Assembly (NCBI GenBank): GCA_965178125.1
Contig: CBCXTV010000009.1
Coordinates: 1-49,171, forward strand
DNA from: Bilabrum cf. latius
Lineage: Eukaryota
Length of the DNA stretch: 49,171 nt
Reading direction: 5' to 3'
Below, piece after piece: positions 9,860-21,585 of this stretch (positions are counted from its first letter, which is position 1; each line of letters begins with the position of its first letter). A model generated the notes under the pieces. It was not told the origin of the DNA. It saw only the letters and a program-made list of their open reading frames with translations, and searched no databases. A program made the translations under genes and the position numbers.

Positions 9860-10652
9860 GTGTTGGCTGGCAGATTCCCTGTTTCGGAGGTTCGGCCTCG
9901 GATCTTGTCGTGTCGCGTTCGCTCGTTGACCAGCCCGGCTTATGCCATGGCTGGCACGTTGGATGCAGCGGCGATAGCGACGCAGAAACGCTCGCGGAAC
10001 TCGACGTGTCAGACGGATTCGCGTTTGATGGAAGTGAAGTTTGACGTCCGGGATGGTGTCGTGCTTGTGGCAACTGAGAAGCGGGACTGGTGTGCCAAGT
10101 TAGTTTTCGCAAAGCCTGGCGAAGTCGTGTTGGCGCCCGCTGGTATGCACATTGCAGGCATTTCGGATTGTTTTTCACGCGTGGATAGCTTGATGTGAGG
10201 CATGTGCGATGAGATGGTTCCGTATGACCAGCTTACAGTGTCTGGTCAACAACGGGCGCACAGACGGTTGTATAAATTGTTGAAGGATTTGAAGCATCGC
10301 ATTTGTGTGGTCGAGGCAGCATCGTTTGCCGACGGTGCGGCTGTTCCGACTTCACGTGTGCGGAGACATACTTCTCCCACATGTGCCAGAAGAGCGTTGT
10401 CAACGTTCATGTGTGTCTTAGCGCTCGAATCGAGGATGCTGGGCATTGTGTGGCAGACATCACTCGCTCTTTTGTTTTGGGGCAAGCAATCAGGAGATGG
10501 TGGAACGCCTTATCTTTTCTGAGTCGGCGGATCGTTTGCGTGGTTATTTTGTGGAGTGGACGCATCCGATGGAAATACAGGATCCCATCACCACCGTGAT
10601 GGACACAGACTCGTCGGGGTGCGACGACGGGCCGCACGGCACCTCCCAGTAA
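9860..10652 (+). pseudogene. orphan spliced gene (predicted intron 10316-10493; in-frame TGA at 10196; start uncertain)
   Basis: ORFs 9860-10198 and 10202- share a frame; GAG|GC...CAG|GAG joins ...RICVVE to EMVERLIF... in phase 0; repeated at ~24513-25307 and 39152-39944. Confidence 0.5.
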
Positions 10653-10847
10653 ACGAGCCTGTCGCCGTTCGGGGGGGCCACGCCGCCGTCACCTCAGCGC
10701 AAGCCGTCGTGGCGCGTTTCAAGTGGGCGGCGTGAGCGGCGCGAGGGACTTCTCGCGCGAACGATCACAGTCGAGGCTCGGACTGGGGCCGTGTTTTTTT
10801 GAAAAGCCCGTGCGCGTTCGTGTTTTCCCCGTTTTTGTGCCTCGTTC

Positions 10848-11110
10848 CGCCCGTCTGCCCGCCCGCCCGCCCGCCCGCCCGCCCGCGCCCGCCTGCCCGC
10901 CCGCGCCCGCTCGCCCATCGTGCCCGCCCGCCGGCGCCCACCCGCCCGCCCGTCCGCGCGCCCGCCCGCGCTCGATCGCCCGCCCGTCCGTCCGCGCACA
11001 TCCGGTCGTCCGCCCGCGCACGCGCGCGTGCCCACCCGCCAGCCCGCCCGGCTGCTCGTCCGGTCACTCGGTCGTTCGCCCCGTTCGCCCGTTTGACCGC
11101 CCGCCCGCCC
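10848..11110. repeat. degenerate (GCCC)n tract
   Basis: Directly visible; short pure tract also at 14274-14301. Confidence 0.9.
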
Positions 11111-11466
11111 GGTAGACGCATCGAGATATGTTTCATGTCCGTCATGTGGGTTTCCTTTTCCCGTTATGCACGACGATCTTTAAATAGCGGTTCGTGTATC
11201 TCGTGCTCCGTCAGTTGGATGTCGTTTGGTCGTGAGGGTGTTCGGGCACAGTTCGTTTGGGGACAACTGGCGGTTGTCGCCACACGCGTTGTGGCGTCGA
11301 CTCTTCGATCTCGTTGATTATGGCTTGAAAAACGATGACGGAAGCCACAGCGGGTGGTAAGTATCTCCAAAGGTGGAATCATGTGTACAGTGTTGCTCGA
11401 TTTCAGCCCCGTGCGCCAAAAAAAACGGCCCCAATTTCGGTGCTGCTTTCGCCCCCGAAAAGCGAG

Positions 11467-11509
11467 CACGAAAAAGTGAAGCCCGACTGTCGGGCTTCAC
11501 TTTTTCGTG
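11467..11509. other. perfect 43-bp palindrome (21-bp arms, 1-nt centre)
   Basis: cacgaaaaagtgaagcccgac-t-gtcgggcttcactttttcgtg; also at 26117-26159; only the left half remains at ~40754-40776. Confidence 0.97.
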
Positions 11510-12597
11510 TCCATTTTCCTGGGCCGGAAACGGTCTCAAAACGAGACCCGCGGTCCTGAAATCGGGGTCGCGGATTCGTCACCTGCCTGCGGCCCCAATT
11601 CTGGTCCCCCTTTCCTAGCCCCCGCCTCGCTCCTCCCCTGTGCGTCGCTGGAGGAAATCCCCTTTTTCCGCGCTTATTTCCTTTCCCACCCTCCGTGCTG
11701 TTTTTTTTTCCAAATCTCGTTCTGTTTGCTCCCGCACGGGTTCTCGCCGTCACATTCTTAAGGCATGGGATGTGTTTCGTTCGCATGATGGGCCTGATTC
11801 TGCGACGGTGTGATGGGACGTTCCAGGGCGTGTTGCACGCGTATGAGGTTGGATCATTGCAACCGTAATCATGTCGTGCGGGCTAACGTGAGCCAAGTTT
11901 GGGAATCTCCGTACGCACACAGCCCACACAAGCGCCGACGTGATCGCAAGCCTGTCTCATATTTTCTTGTTGCGAGTCGGCGATCGGTAACGCGTGCGTT
12001 CCACCGAGAGTCGCTGACAGGGAGGACAGTTCTCGGGATATTCGGCGGTGTGATGATGGATGTTGCATCCAACGCATGAACGATTTTGCCTCCATGTCGC
12101 ACATGTCGTCATATAATCGTTGACAGAATCATGTTGTTGCATAGTGTGTCAACATGTACGAGCCTATGTAGGTCCGCCTTGGGATTGTGAGTGATTTGTC
12201 GTTACCGCATGACGTGTTCTACGCATATTTCTTTTGCTCGCCCTCCCTTCCCATCGTCTGTACTTCCCGCATTTTCGCTGTTTTGAACCTTCTCCCGCTG
12301 TTTTTGGACCCCCTTGCTTCTTTGCTATGTAAGTTTGGTCTCCGATTCATGCGCATGAATGGCAGGTTCTGAGACCGCGGGGCGAAGCACGGATTAGGGG
12401 ACATGCTGATATGGGGCTGTCGCGTTTCACTTTGCGAGCGACGTAAAACACGGTTCGAAGTTCGTATGTGGAAATTTTTGGATGTTGATGCAACCGAGCT
12501 TGTGGGAATTCGGTTCCGCGCATTTACTCGTTTTTACGTGCGCGCTCATACATGGCTTTCAGGAAAGTCCCGTCTGTGCGCATGCGTTGTCGCCAAC

Positions 12598-12987
12598 ATG
12601 GCGAGCGATACCCACGCGCGTTGGGTCACAGACGTTCTGGAGCGGCAAGTCGGCGCCCAGAGTGGTGCCCTTGCTGTCGATTCCGTGACATGTTTCGGCG
12701 AGCGGCAGAACGATGGAAGCACCTGATTGGTGGTGCGAACAACGTGGCGTGTGATCGTCGAGCGCCCGCCAGGTTTGCTCACGTTGCATGCGTGCATCAC
12801 CGGCGCGGAGTTTCTCCCCCTTGCGGCAGGACGGGCCGCAGATGGCACCGTCCTCCCGTTTGGCGAGTTGTGGAACGACGACCGCCGCACTGGCGAGGCG
12901 CGGCGCACGGCGCGCCGCAGCGCGGAGTCGACCGGCGGTCGATCGCGCTCACCCCCGGCGTCTGCGTGGCAGCGTCGCGGCGGCTGA
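12598..12987 (+). pseudogene. orphan 129-aa gene with premature TGA (12724)
   Basis: Homologue is uninterrupted at 40964-41353, with AGA at the stop position. Confidence 0.55.
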
Positions 12988-13579
12988 TGCGGTGCGTGAT
13001 CGCGTCGAACTAAACGAGCCTTTCGCCGTGGTTCGGCGTCATGTCCACAGGATCGGGCGCGCGAGCGCGCGCTTTGGCGTGGATGCCGTCGTCGCCTTCG
13101 CCACTTCTGCAGTGGGTCGCTGTTCGACTCGAGAAAGATGCACATTGTCATTTCATGCATATGAGCGTTGAAATTTCCGATTTTCATTTGTTGCGGTGTT
13201 TGGCGATTGGTTTTGTTTCACTGCATGATACATGTCGGAGATGCTGGTGTATGCGAAGGATGCAGATTGCACATATTCATGTCGAGACATAACATGTGCC
13301 GACGTATGTGAGCGATGCGGAATCCATGTCCGCGCGCGCTCATCGCGTCATTTCTTTGCTGGGGTGGATTCCGTCCGGGGCCGCGCGCGTGTTCGCACAG
13401 CGACGCCGAAGAGGCGGAAGCGTCAGCCCGACGAGGGCATCGGCGGCACATGGTTGCCGGTCCGCGCGGCGCACGCGACGGAGCTCTAGCGCAGCGGGGA
13501 GGCCGCGCTGCAGGCGCGTCGCGGGGCGCCGACATCGACCGGGAGTTGCGCCGCAGGGAGCAGAGTAAGCATGAGCGGT

Positions 13580-14263
13580 AGTCTCGTCATCGATTTCGAT
13601 GACGTCCTTGTCGATGCCGGATTGTGAGCGCGTAATGAGATCGGGCATCCCATGCGCAACAGAAGTACCTATGCGGATTTCGAGCCGCAGAGTTTCGTCC
13701 ACATCCAGAACGGTCGGCCAGTCGTGGTGCTCCATGAAGCAATCGTTGCATGACACGCATTCTTTTGTGCCGAGCATTGGGTGTTACGCAATTTCGAGGA
13801 GCTGTGAGTGTGGCATAATTTCTCGAGACAGGACATGTTGGTCAATGCACGAGTTCTTGCAATTGTGAACCGGGGAACGAGCCCTTCGCCGCCCCGTCCC
13901 ATGCCGGGACACGAGCCTGTCGCCGTCCCGTGCATAAGCTCGTCACATGTCCTCATTGGCTTTGTGAGCAATCCGACCATTTTTTATTCCGGAGGCTGAT
14001 TGTCACACACTTCGGCGCCGACCCAAACGACGCCGGGACATACCTGGTGGAGAAGCTGTTGCCGCTGCAATCACTGGTTTGCATTGCGCGGACGACCGCG
14101 CTGCAACCAGGATGCGATCAGTCGACGACAGTGCGAAGCTGGTGGGAGAATGGTAGGACGCATTAAAAAAGCATGGAGTTATCACAGTGCGGATCGTGCT
14201 TGGTATCAGCATTCGATGTATCGCCGACAAAAGTCGTGCTAACGGTGGCATATACGCGTAATA
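13580..14263 (+). pseudogene. 5' remnant of the glycosyltransferase-like locus, truncated in the tandem unit
   Basis: Aligns with 41952-42646; homology stops at ...tatacgcgtaata. Confidence 0.45.
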
Positions 14264-17200
14264 CCCCATTCATCCGCCCGCCCGCCCGCCCGCCCGCCCG
14301 CACAAGGGGGAGCCGACATTTTCTGCCGCCATTGAGAAAGCGCGGATGGAAATGGTGCGCCTGGGTCTGGCATGAATTGAGGATATAGACGCTTGCGAGA
14401 CTCACCTTGTTGGCAGCCCCTGACGGCACCGATGACAAACATACAAAGATGCCTGGCGTTTTGGATTGGCTGATCATGGCGAGGAGTTCCGAGTACATTT
14501 GTTGTAGATGTAATGTTGATGATAGCTTACCATCCACCAGCACTTTTTCACATGCTGCGCCCGCTGCTGCCACCACCCGCTCGGCCGCTGCTGTAGCCTC
14601 AATCACCAGTGTTGGGTCAAAACCAAGGAAAGTCTCGAACAGGAATTCCTCGGAGGTGCGCGTTCTCAATTTCGCGTTCCCGCACAGCGCTGGAAAATTC
14701 CAGCGGATTTGATTGAAAGTGACGGTGGGCTGGCGAGACGGAGTTGTAGTACCGCTCTCGGCGATTGCAGCTCGATCTCGCCGAATCTAACGCCGCGGCG
14801 TAGAAGAACGGGTGTGGCAAGCGAGGCCGTACGCTCGATGATATCATTCATTCTGCATCGGCCAGCCACATCCGCACGTATCCCCGAAAAGGTTTCGCTC
14901 CGGCGCATGGACACCGAATCCGCCTTGCTCCGTGGAACGTGCCCGCGTCACATCTTCGCGGTCCGCGCGCCATTCCCAGCTCTTCCTATCGTCCGCGCTC
15001 AGCCTCGATCAAGAGGCCGGGCCTCGCAGAGAGATCGCGGCCGGATTTCGGTGGCTGCGGCGGCATGGATTTCGGTGGCAGCGGCATGGATTTCGATGGC
15101 GGCGGCATGGATTTCGGAGGCGGCGCCGGCATGGATTTCGGTGGCGGCGGCATGGATTTCGATAGCTGCGGCGGCATGGATTTCGGTGGCGGCGGTATGC
15201 ATTTCGGTGGCGGCGTCGGCGTCGGGCCTTCTACACCAGCGGCATATGCTTCCGTTGGCAGCGCGCCGTCGGCATCTCTCTGTGTGGCAGGAATCGGGTG
15301 TCTCTCTGTGTGGCAGGGTCCACGTGGCGTAGCGGTTGCAGAGGAAGCTGATCGGCATCTTCAGCTCCGCGTGGCGCCGCGCACGCCCGGCACGGATGTC
15401 GATGGCGGCGGCGGCATGGATTTCGGTGGCGGCGGCATGAATTTCGATGCTGGCGGCGGGATGGATTTCGATGGCGGCGGCGGCAAAGATTTCGGTGGCG
15501 ACGGCATGGATTTCGATGGCAGCGGCATGGATTTCGATGGCGGCGGCGGCATGGATTTCGATAGCGCCGGCATGGATTTCTCCAGGGTCTCGACGATGTC
15601 CGGGTCCGCTTCGCCCAATGTGCTTTCGCTGGCAGCGCGCTGTCGGCATCTCTCTGTGTGGCAAGGGTCAGGCGTCTCTCTGTGTGGCAGGGGTCCAGGT
15701 GGCGTAGCGGTTGCAAAGGAAGCTGATCGGCACCCTAAGCTCCACGTGGCGCCGCGCACGCCTAGTACACCAGCTCGTGTTGGGCCAGGTGGCACCGCGT
15801 CCTTTCTGGGACCTTGTTGACTTTGACGCTCCAGTCGCAGCAGCCCGCGGTCCGCCATTCCCAGCTTTTCCTATCGCAAGGACCACAGGGCGAGCGCTTC
15901 GCCGGCCCCATCTGGAGGCCCATCCTGGGTCACTGACTACCGCCAAATGCCACGATCGCCGGATTCCGCATGGGCCGACCCGGGTGGATCGGGAGACGGA
16001 GCGCTTCGCTTGTCGGTCCGAGGCAAGGCCTCACCTCCAGGTGTACATCAGTCTTGCTCTCATGGGACCGCGGCGCTTGAAAGGGGCCCCGGTCGCGACC
16101 CTTTTCGAGGCCCGTCCCCGGTTCCTTTTTTGGGGCCCTCGAGGACCCCACAGTAGCGTGACACAAAGCGCCCTTGGGCGGGCTTGTTTTCGGGGCCAGA
16201 TTTGGGTCCCGAAAGGTGTGCTCGAAAGAGGGGATCGTCAACAGTTCGTAGGGACGCTTCGCGGGCCGGGTTTTGGCCCCGAAAGGGGTGCTCGAAAAGG
16301 GGACGCCAACAGGTCGTGGGACCTACCATTCACCAGTGCGCTTTTTTTCCACCTGCTCTCCGCGTCACTCGGTTCACGTATACTACCTAAACGAGGCGGA
16401 ATTCCGACTCGTCGGAGGGCGCCGTAGAGCTCGCCGGTCAAGCGTCAACCCGTGTGTGACCAGCGTAGGGGCGATCCAAGTGAGCCCGCTGTGCGAGGTA
16501 TTCCTGGATCGCTGTTCGAAAGAGCTTTCGGAGCCCGCCTTGAGAGCTCAAGTGGTCCGTCCGCCTCTAGACGCGCCGCGGAAAGTCGTACAGAAGTAGA
16601 ATGACCGCGAGCATGCCGGCCGGCGTGGCTCACTGACTGCCCTCGGCGGCCGCCGGGTGAACTTGAACATTTCGCAGAACACTTTCTGCTTGGTGTTCCC
16701 GAGCTCGGCGATGACGTTGTATTATATGGGCCAGCTGCGGGAATGCTGGGGAGGCCAGCATCAGTGGGTGGCGAGGAAGACCAATTCCTTCCGGTGGGCA
16801 GAGGGGTCCAAGTGCCGAAAGCGACGTTCCTTCTTGCCTTGCAGGGGTTCCATGGCCAGTCGACCGGGGCCGTAACTGTGAACGGCGCCTGGCTCGGCCA
16901 CGTCTTTCTATTCTCGGAGCTCAGCCTCGATCAGGAGGCCGGGCCTCCTAGGGTGACAGCAGCCGCGCGAGTCCTCCTCCACTGGAGCCGGCATGGTGGC
17001 CTCCAGCAATCGCTCCCAGATCAAGCCGTGCGGCGCCGGAGGCATGTGTCCAACGCGCATGCCTGCTCCACCAGCGGCATGTGTGGCGCGAGCATGGATT
17101 TCGGTGGTGGCGGCGGCATGGATTTCGGTGGCGGCGGCGGCATGGATTTCGGTGGCAGCGGCATGGATTTCGATGGCGGCGGCCGAGGAAGGACCATCGC

Positions 17201-18102
17201 GACTCTATCTTCAGCCGGGAAACGAGCCTTCAGCCGTCCCGCGCATGAAGTGGTCTCATGTCGTCAGTATCTCCGTTCCGCAATCAAGCGTTCCTTATGT
17301 TTGGGGGTAAGCGTGTTCGCCCGCGCGCACCCGCCCGCCCGCCCGCCCGCGCCCACACGCCCGCCCGCGCCGACCCGCCCGCCCACCCGCGACCGACCAC
17401 CCACCCGCAAGTCCCAGCCCGCCCGCCCGCCCGCGCCCGGCCGCCCGCCCGCCCGTCCGCCCGCCCGCCCGCCCGCCCGCCCGCGCAGGCGACCGCCCGC
17501 CCGTCCGGGCGCCCGCCCGCCCACCCGAGCGAACGCCCGCCCGCCCGCCGTCCCGCGCGCCCGCGCACACCGCCCGCCCGCCCGCCCGGCCGCCCGCTCG
17601 CCCCCCCGCACGACCGCCCGCCCGCCCGCCCGCCCGCCCGCCCGCCCACCCGCCTGCCCGCCCGCCCGCCCACTGGTGACATTGGCGAAACGACAGTTTC
17701 GCTGTGCCCATCTCCACCATATCGAAATGATGAAACGAGCCCGTCGCCGTCTTCATTTCGATCCCAGCATGATCGCAGAATCGCTCAGACATAATCGCTC
17801 CGGCACGCAATTACGGGAAAATGAAATCACCCGCAGGTCTACCGCGCACGGCAGGAGCGTGCGGATATCTGCACACGAACCACCGACCGAGTAACGACAG
17901 CACAAAAGTGCGCGCGACACACCGATACCCTTCACCAACGCACGGGCGCATGTTCGGGAATGGGGCTCAGGATCGAGCGCACTGTCGGAAATGGGACTTG
18001 ACATGAAGCTTCCCATCAGTGGCTCGCCCCCGCATTGCTCTCGGCTCGAGACACATATTAATATGCCTGTGTACGATCGAATCGTACCACCACACTCGGG
18101 CC

Positions 18103-20023
18103 ATGGAAGCGACAATCGCGTCGCTCGCGAACGCGACGCGGGCGCTTCAGCAGGCAGTTCGGCGTGCCAGAGAGCAACACCGGCGGCAAACAGCTCGCAT
18201 AGCACAACTGGAAAGACACGCCCGATTTTTGGCGGTCTTCGTTGACGTCGTCACCGCAGAGGCTTATCTGCGCCAAAAATGGCGGAATGCACCGGCTCCG
18301 GCTCTTGACGACGCGATCGCAAGTCTTCGTGCATGGCACGCTCCTCTTACGGAAGACGGTGTGCTCCGAGAGCAACAACGTCCATGGAGGTCAGAGCGTC
18401 TACAAGCGGCCACGATGACATCGCGGTTCTTGCGAGAACATGATCTGCACAGGTGGGTTCACGAGCAGAACTACGCCAATACACTCGCACCGACGACGAA
18501 CGTTTCCTCGACATTACGCAGGCTCACGAGTACCGATTCCGCGGGAGCCGGACCCGAGGCATCTAGAAAAAGACAAAGCATCCGACAGTGGTGCCGGCGT
18601 TGGCGACGACGCTGGCAGGTGTCGCTCGGAACCGGGCTTCGACTCGATGCAGAATGTGTGGATCGACGACGCCTAAAGGCCACCGGACAGTGGCAAAAAC
18701 ACATCCGACGTTTCACGAAGAAAACCCAAAACGGGGCCATATAGCGGCCCTGGTTTCGGGGTCCGCACATATAGAACAAATACACTCTGGGCCCGGAAAA
18801 CGCCCCCAAATTTGAGTAAAAAACCGGCTCAAAACGAATTTCGCGGCACGCGCGGTGTGGAAATGGTGCAACTTCTTGCGGGCCTTCGCGCCGCCGGACA
18901 AGTGCCCGGTCCACGTGAACATGGACGAAACAAGCATCCGACTCACCGCAGTTTCACAGGCAGGTTTTCTTGTGGAAGAAGCCCGACGCCGAGTTCGCGC
19001 AGCGGGAGGCTTGCGTCAACCGACTCCGAAGCGTGAGATGCGGAGCATGATCACACAGATCATCTTCATCGCCAACAACAGCGACATCCAACCCCACTTG
19101 CCGACCATATTCCTCTTCTCAGACCGCATTGTGAGTCGCGAGCAATTTGACGCCCTCCGCCGCGCGCTCCCTCCGAATGTGCTTCTCTTACGAGGCGCAA
19201 AGGGGGGGATGACCACCAAATTAATGTGTTGCACGCTGCGCGTGCTCGCCGATGCCCTCCATGCGTTCCGAGACACGCATCACTTTACTCTTAGCGCGGA
19301 CACGTATCGAGCTCACCTGGGTCGCGCCGTATGGCATACGGCAAGTCGACTCAATTTCCACTACCATCTAATCCCCGCGAAAATGACGTGGGCGCTCCAG
19401 CCTTGCGACACGCACATCTTCGCGATTTACAAGCGCGCCATTGAACATGAATATCAGCTCCGCATCGCGCACGCGTTACCGCGCGAGCGATGGCCACATG
19501 CGCTTTTCCACGCCGTGCTCGCGGCATTCGATCGTGTCATACGGCGACGCACGTGAGATCAAACATTCCATAGCAATGGGCTTGAGGGCTCGCAAATGAG
19601 TGTGTCAAAACGCGTTCTCAGTTTACTGCAGTGGCAAACAGTGCCCGAGGATGTGCATGAGTGGCCATCGTTCCATGAAATACAAAGTGTCTTCCCGGAT
19701 CGTAGCGTTGTCGACATCGATGCTAATATTGTTGCTTTCGCCACTCTGCTGCATGGCCCGCGAATGCATAACATTCCACGCGCGCATCGCATGACATACC
19801 GACGTCGGGCTGAGCGTTCTCCTATTGCCACCCGACGCGCGGCAGCGACGACGGCGTCAGCCGAGTTAGTTCCAGAACCCAGCACACCGGCGCCATGACG
19901 ACCAGGACGCCGCCAGCGACGCCGACAGCGATCGCAAAACCGTCTCGCCGCCGCGATCCCCGGGGAGTGCGCCTGGGGCCACGTCCGTCGATGCCGTCAT
20001 CGACAAAGGCGAAGAAGCTGTGA
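18103..20023 (+). pseudogene. pogo-like transposase pseudogene, copy 2
   Basis: Same motifs and same stop codons as copy 1. Confidence 0.85.
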
Positions 20024-21585
20024 TGGTCACAGCAGAAACGCAGAGGTAGAAGCGGTGCCGGCAAAGTGGGAGGCGTCGGACCGACCAAAGCCTCCGGCAG
20101 CGGTAAGGAACTCTGAGACTTTGCTCGAGTAGATCGACCGCATGAGAGCGGAAAAAAACAAAGCGCGCGACCTGAAGAAGCAGGTCGCGAAGAACCTCAA
20201 AAACGCAGAAAGGAGAAAGGCGAAACTGAAGCGTAAGGGGCGTGAATTGAACGACGAGTATCTCATCGCAGTGCTGAAGATGCGACAGAATCCTCCGCAG
20301 GCGTGATCCAGCCGTCAGCAAACGCAGTCTCCTCGACGGCTGTCAAGGCTCGTACAGCGAAAACCAAAGCCAATAAGAGTTGAACGAGCGCCGCTCAGAG
20401 AGCACCCGTATTGTCAGCAGGAAGCACACACATTCCCATCAGTCGAAGCACACCGCACACGAACTGACGCAGGAAAAAAAGCCAACATAGAGGCAAAGAA
20501 AATACAAAATGTCTCCTACCCATGCCCAAAATGAACTCGAAATACGGCAAAAAAATCTCAACATACAGTTTAAACACCACGATGAACGAAGAATAAAAGC
20601 ACAAAAACCTTCAAAGAAGCGCGTTTTTTTCGAAAATCAGTTCTCGAAGGGAATGCCAAAACACTCGAAAAAAAGCGGTGTCACCGCCGACCCCTCTTTT
20701 TTTGAGGTATACCGAGAAAGAAGGCCATTTTACTCGAAAAAAACCATGGTGCCACCAAAGCGGTGCCACCGCCCTATTAATATTTTTTAAGGGCCGAGAA
20801 TGGTGACACCGCTTTTTCTCGAGTAAAAAAAGAGGGCGGTGACACCACCTTTGGGGGCCAAAAAGAGCGAAAAGAGGGGTCGCCAAGAGGCCTTTGCCGG
20901 CCTTTGCGGAAGGACCTGCGTCGGCTTCACCTCATTGCAAGGGTTCCCGCGCAAAGTGAGTGGTACGCATCTGGTGGTGGAAGAGTTGTGTGAAGGAACG
21001 TGGTGTGCGAGGGAGATCTTCCGGAGAGGCATATGTGTCGTATGCTGCACACGGACCCTGAAGATGAGCGACAAAGGCATTCGGGAGAAGAAGCAGTTTT
21101 AGTGAGAAGGGTGGGTACGTGTCGGGATAAGGATGCAATCCTAGTGGTGTGCGCGGCGGGTTAACGCAGGTAATCGGTGGAGGATTGGGAAGTCGTGGTG
21201 GGAGGGTGGAGATAGGTGGGACGTCAATGATGGTGGAAGGTGTAATGTGGGCGAGGAGACTCGGGTCCGGGTTTGTCGGCGTTCCTGAAACGTCAGGACA
21301 TGGTGGGACCCAGGCTCTCTTGCGCGGCCGAAGGGTCCCCTCGGGCACGCTTGCCTGGGTCTGTGGCCGCTATTCTAGTTCCTGAAGACGTGTGCGCGGC
21401 GGCTGTCAAGGGCATCCGGGCAGGGTCGTGTGCCGGGCTGCGACGGTTCTGGCAGAAGTAAAATGGTGTGGCATGGTAAGGTGCGCTGTTGTTTGTGTTT
21501 TTGTGCAAGACGTCGGAATCCGATGCTGTTTGGCCTAGTGTTGTGTGTCCCTCGCATTCATTGTGTTTCCCTTGTCCCTGTGACG

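Larger units (their letters stand above)
1..14647. repeat. ~14.65 kb tandem unit, copy 1 (phase set by window start)
   Basis: The window start cctcggaggtgcgcgttctc recurs at 14648 and 29298, and the ORF track repeats with offsets of ~14647-14652. Confidence 0.98.
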
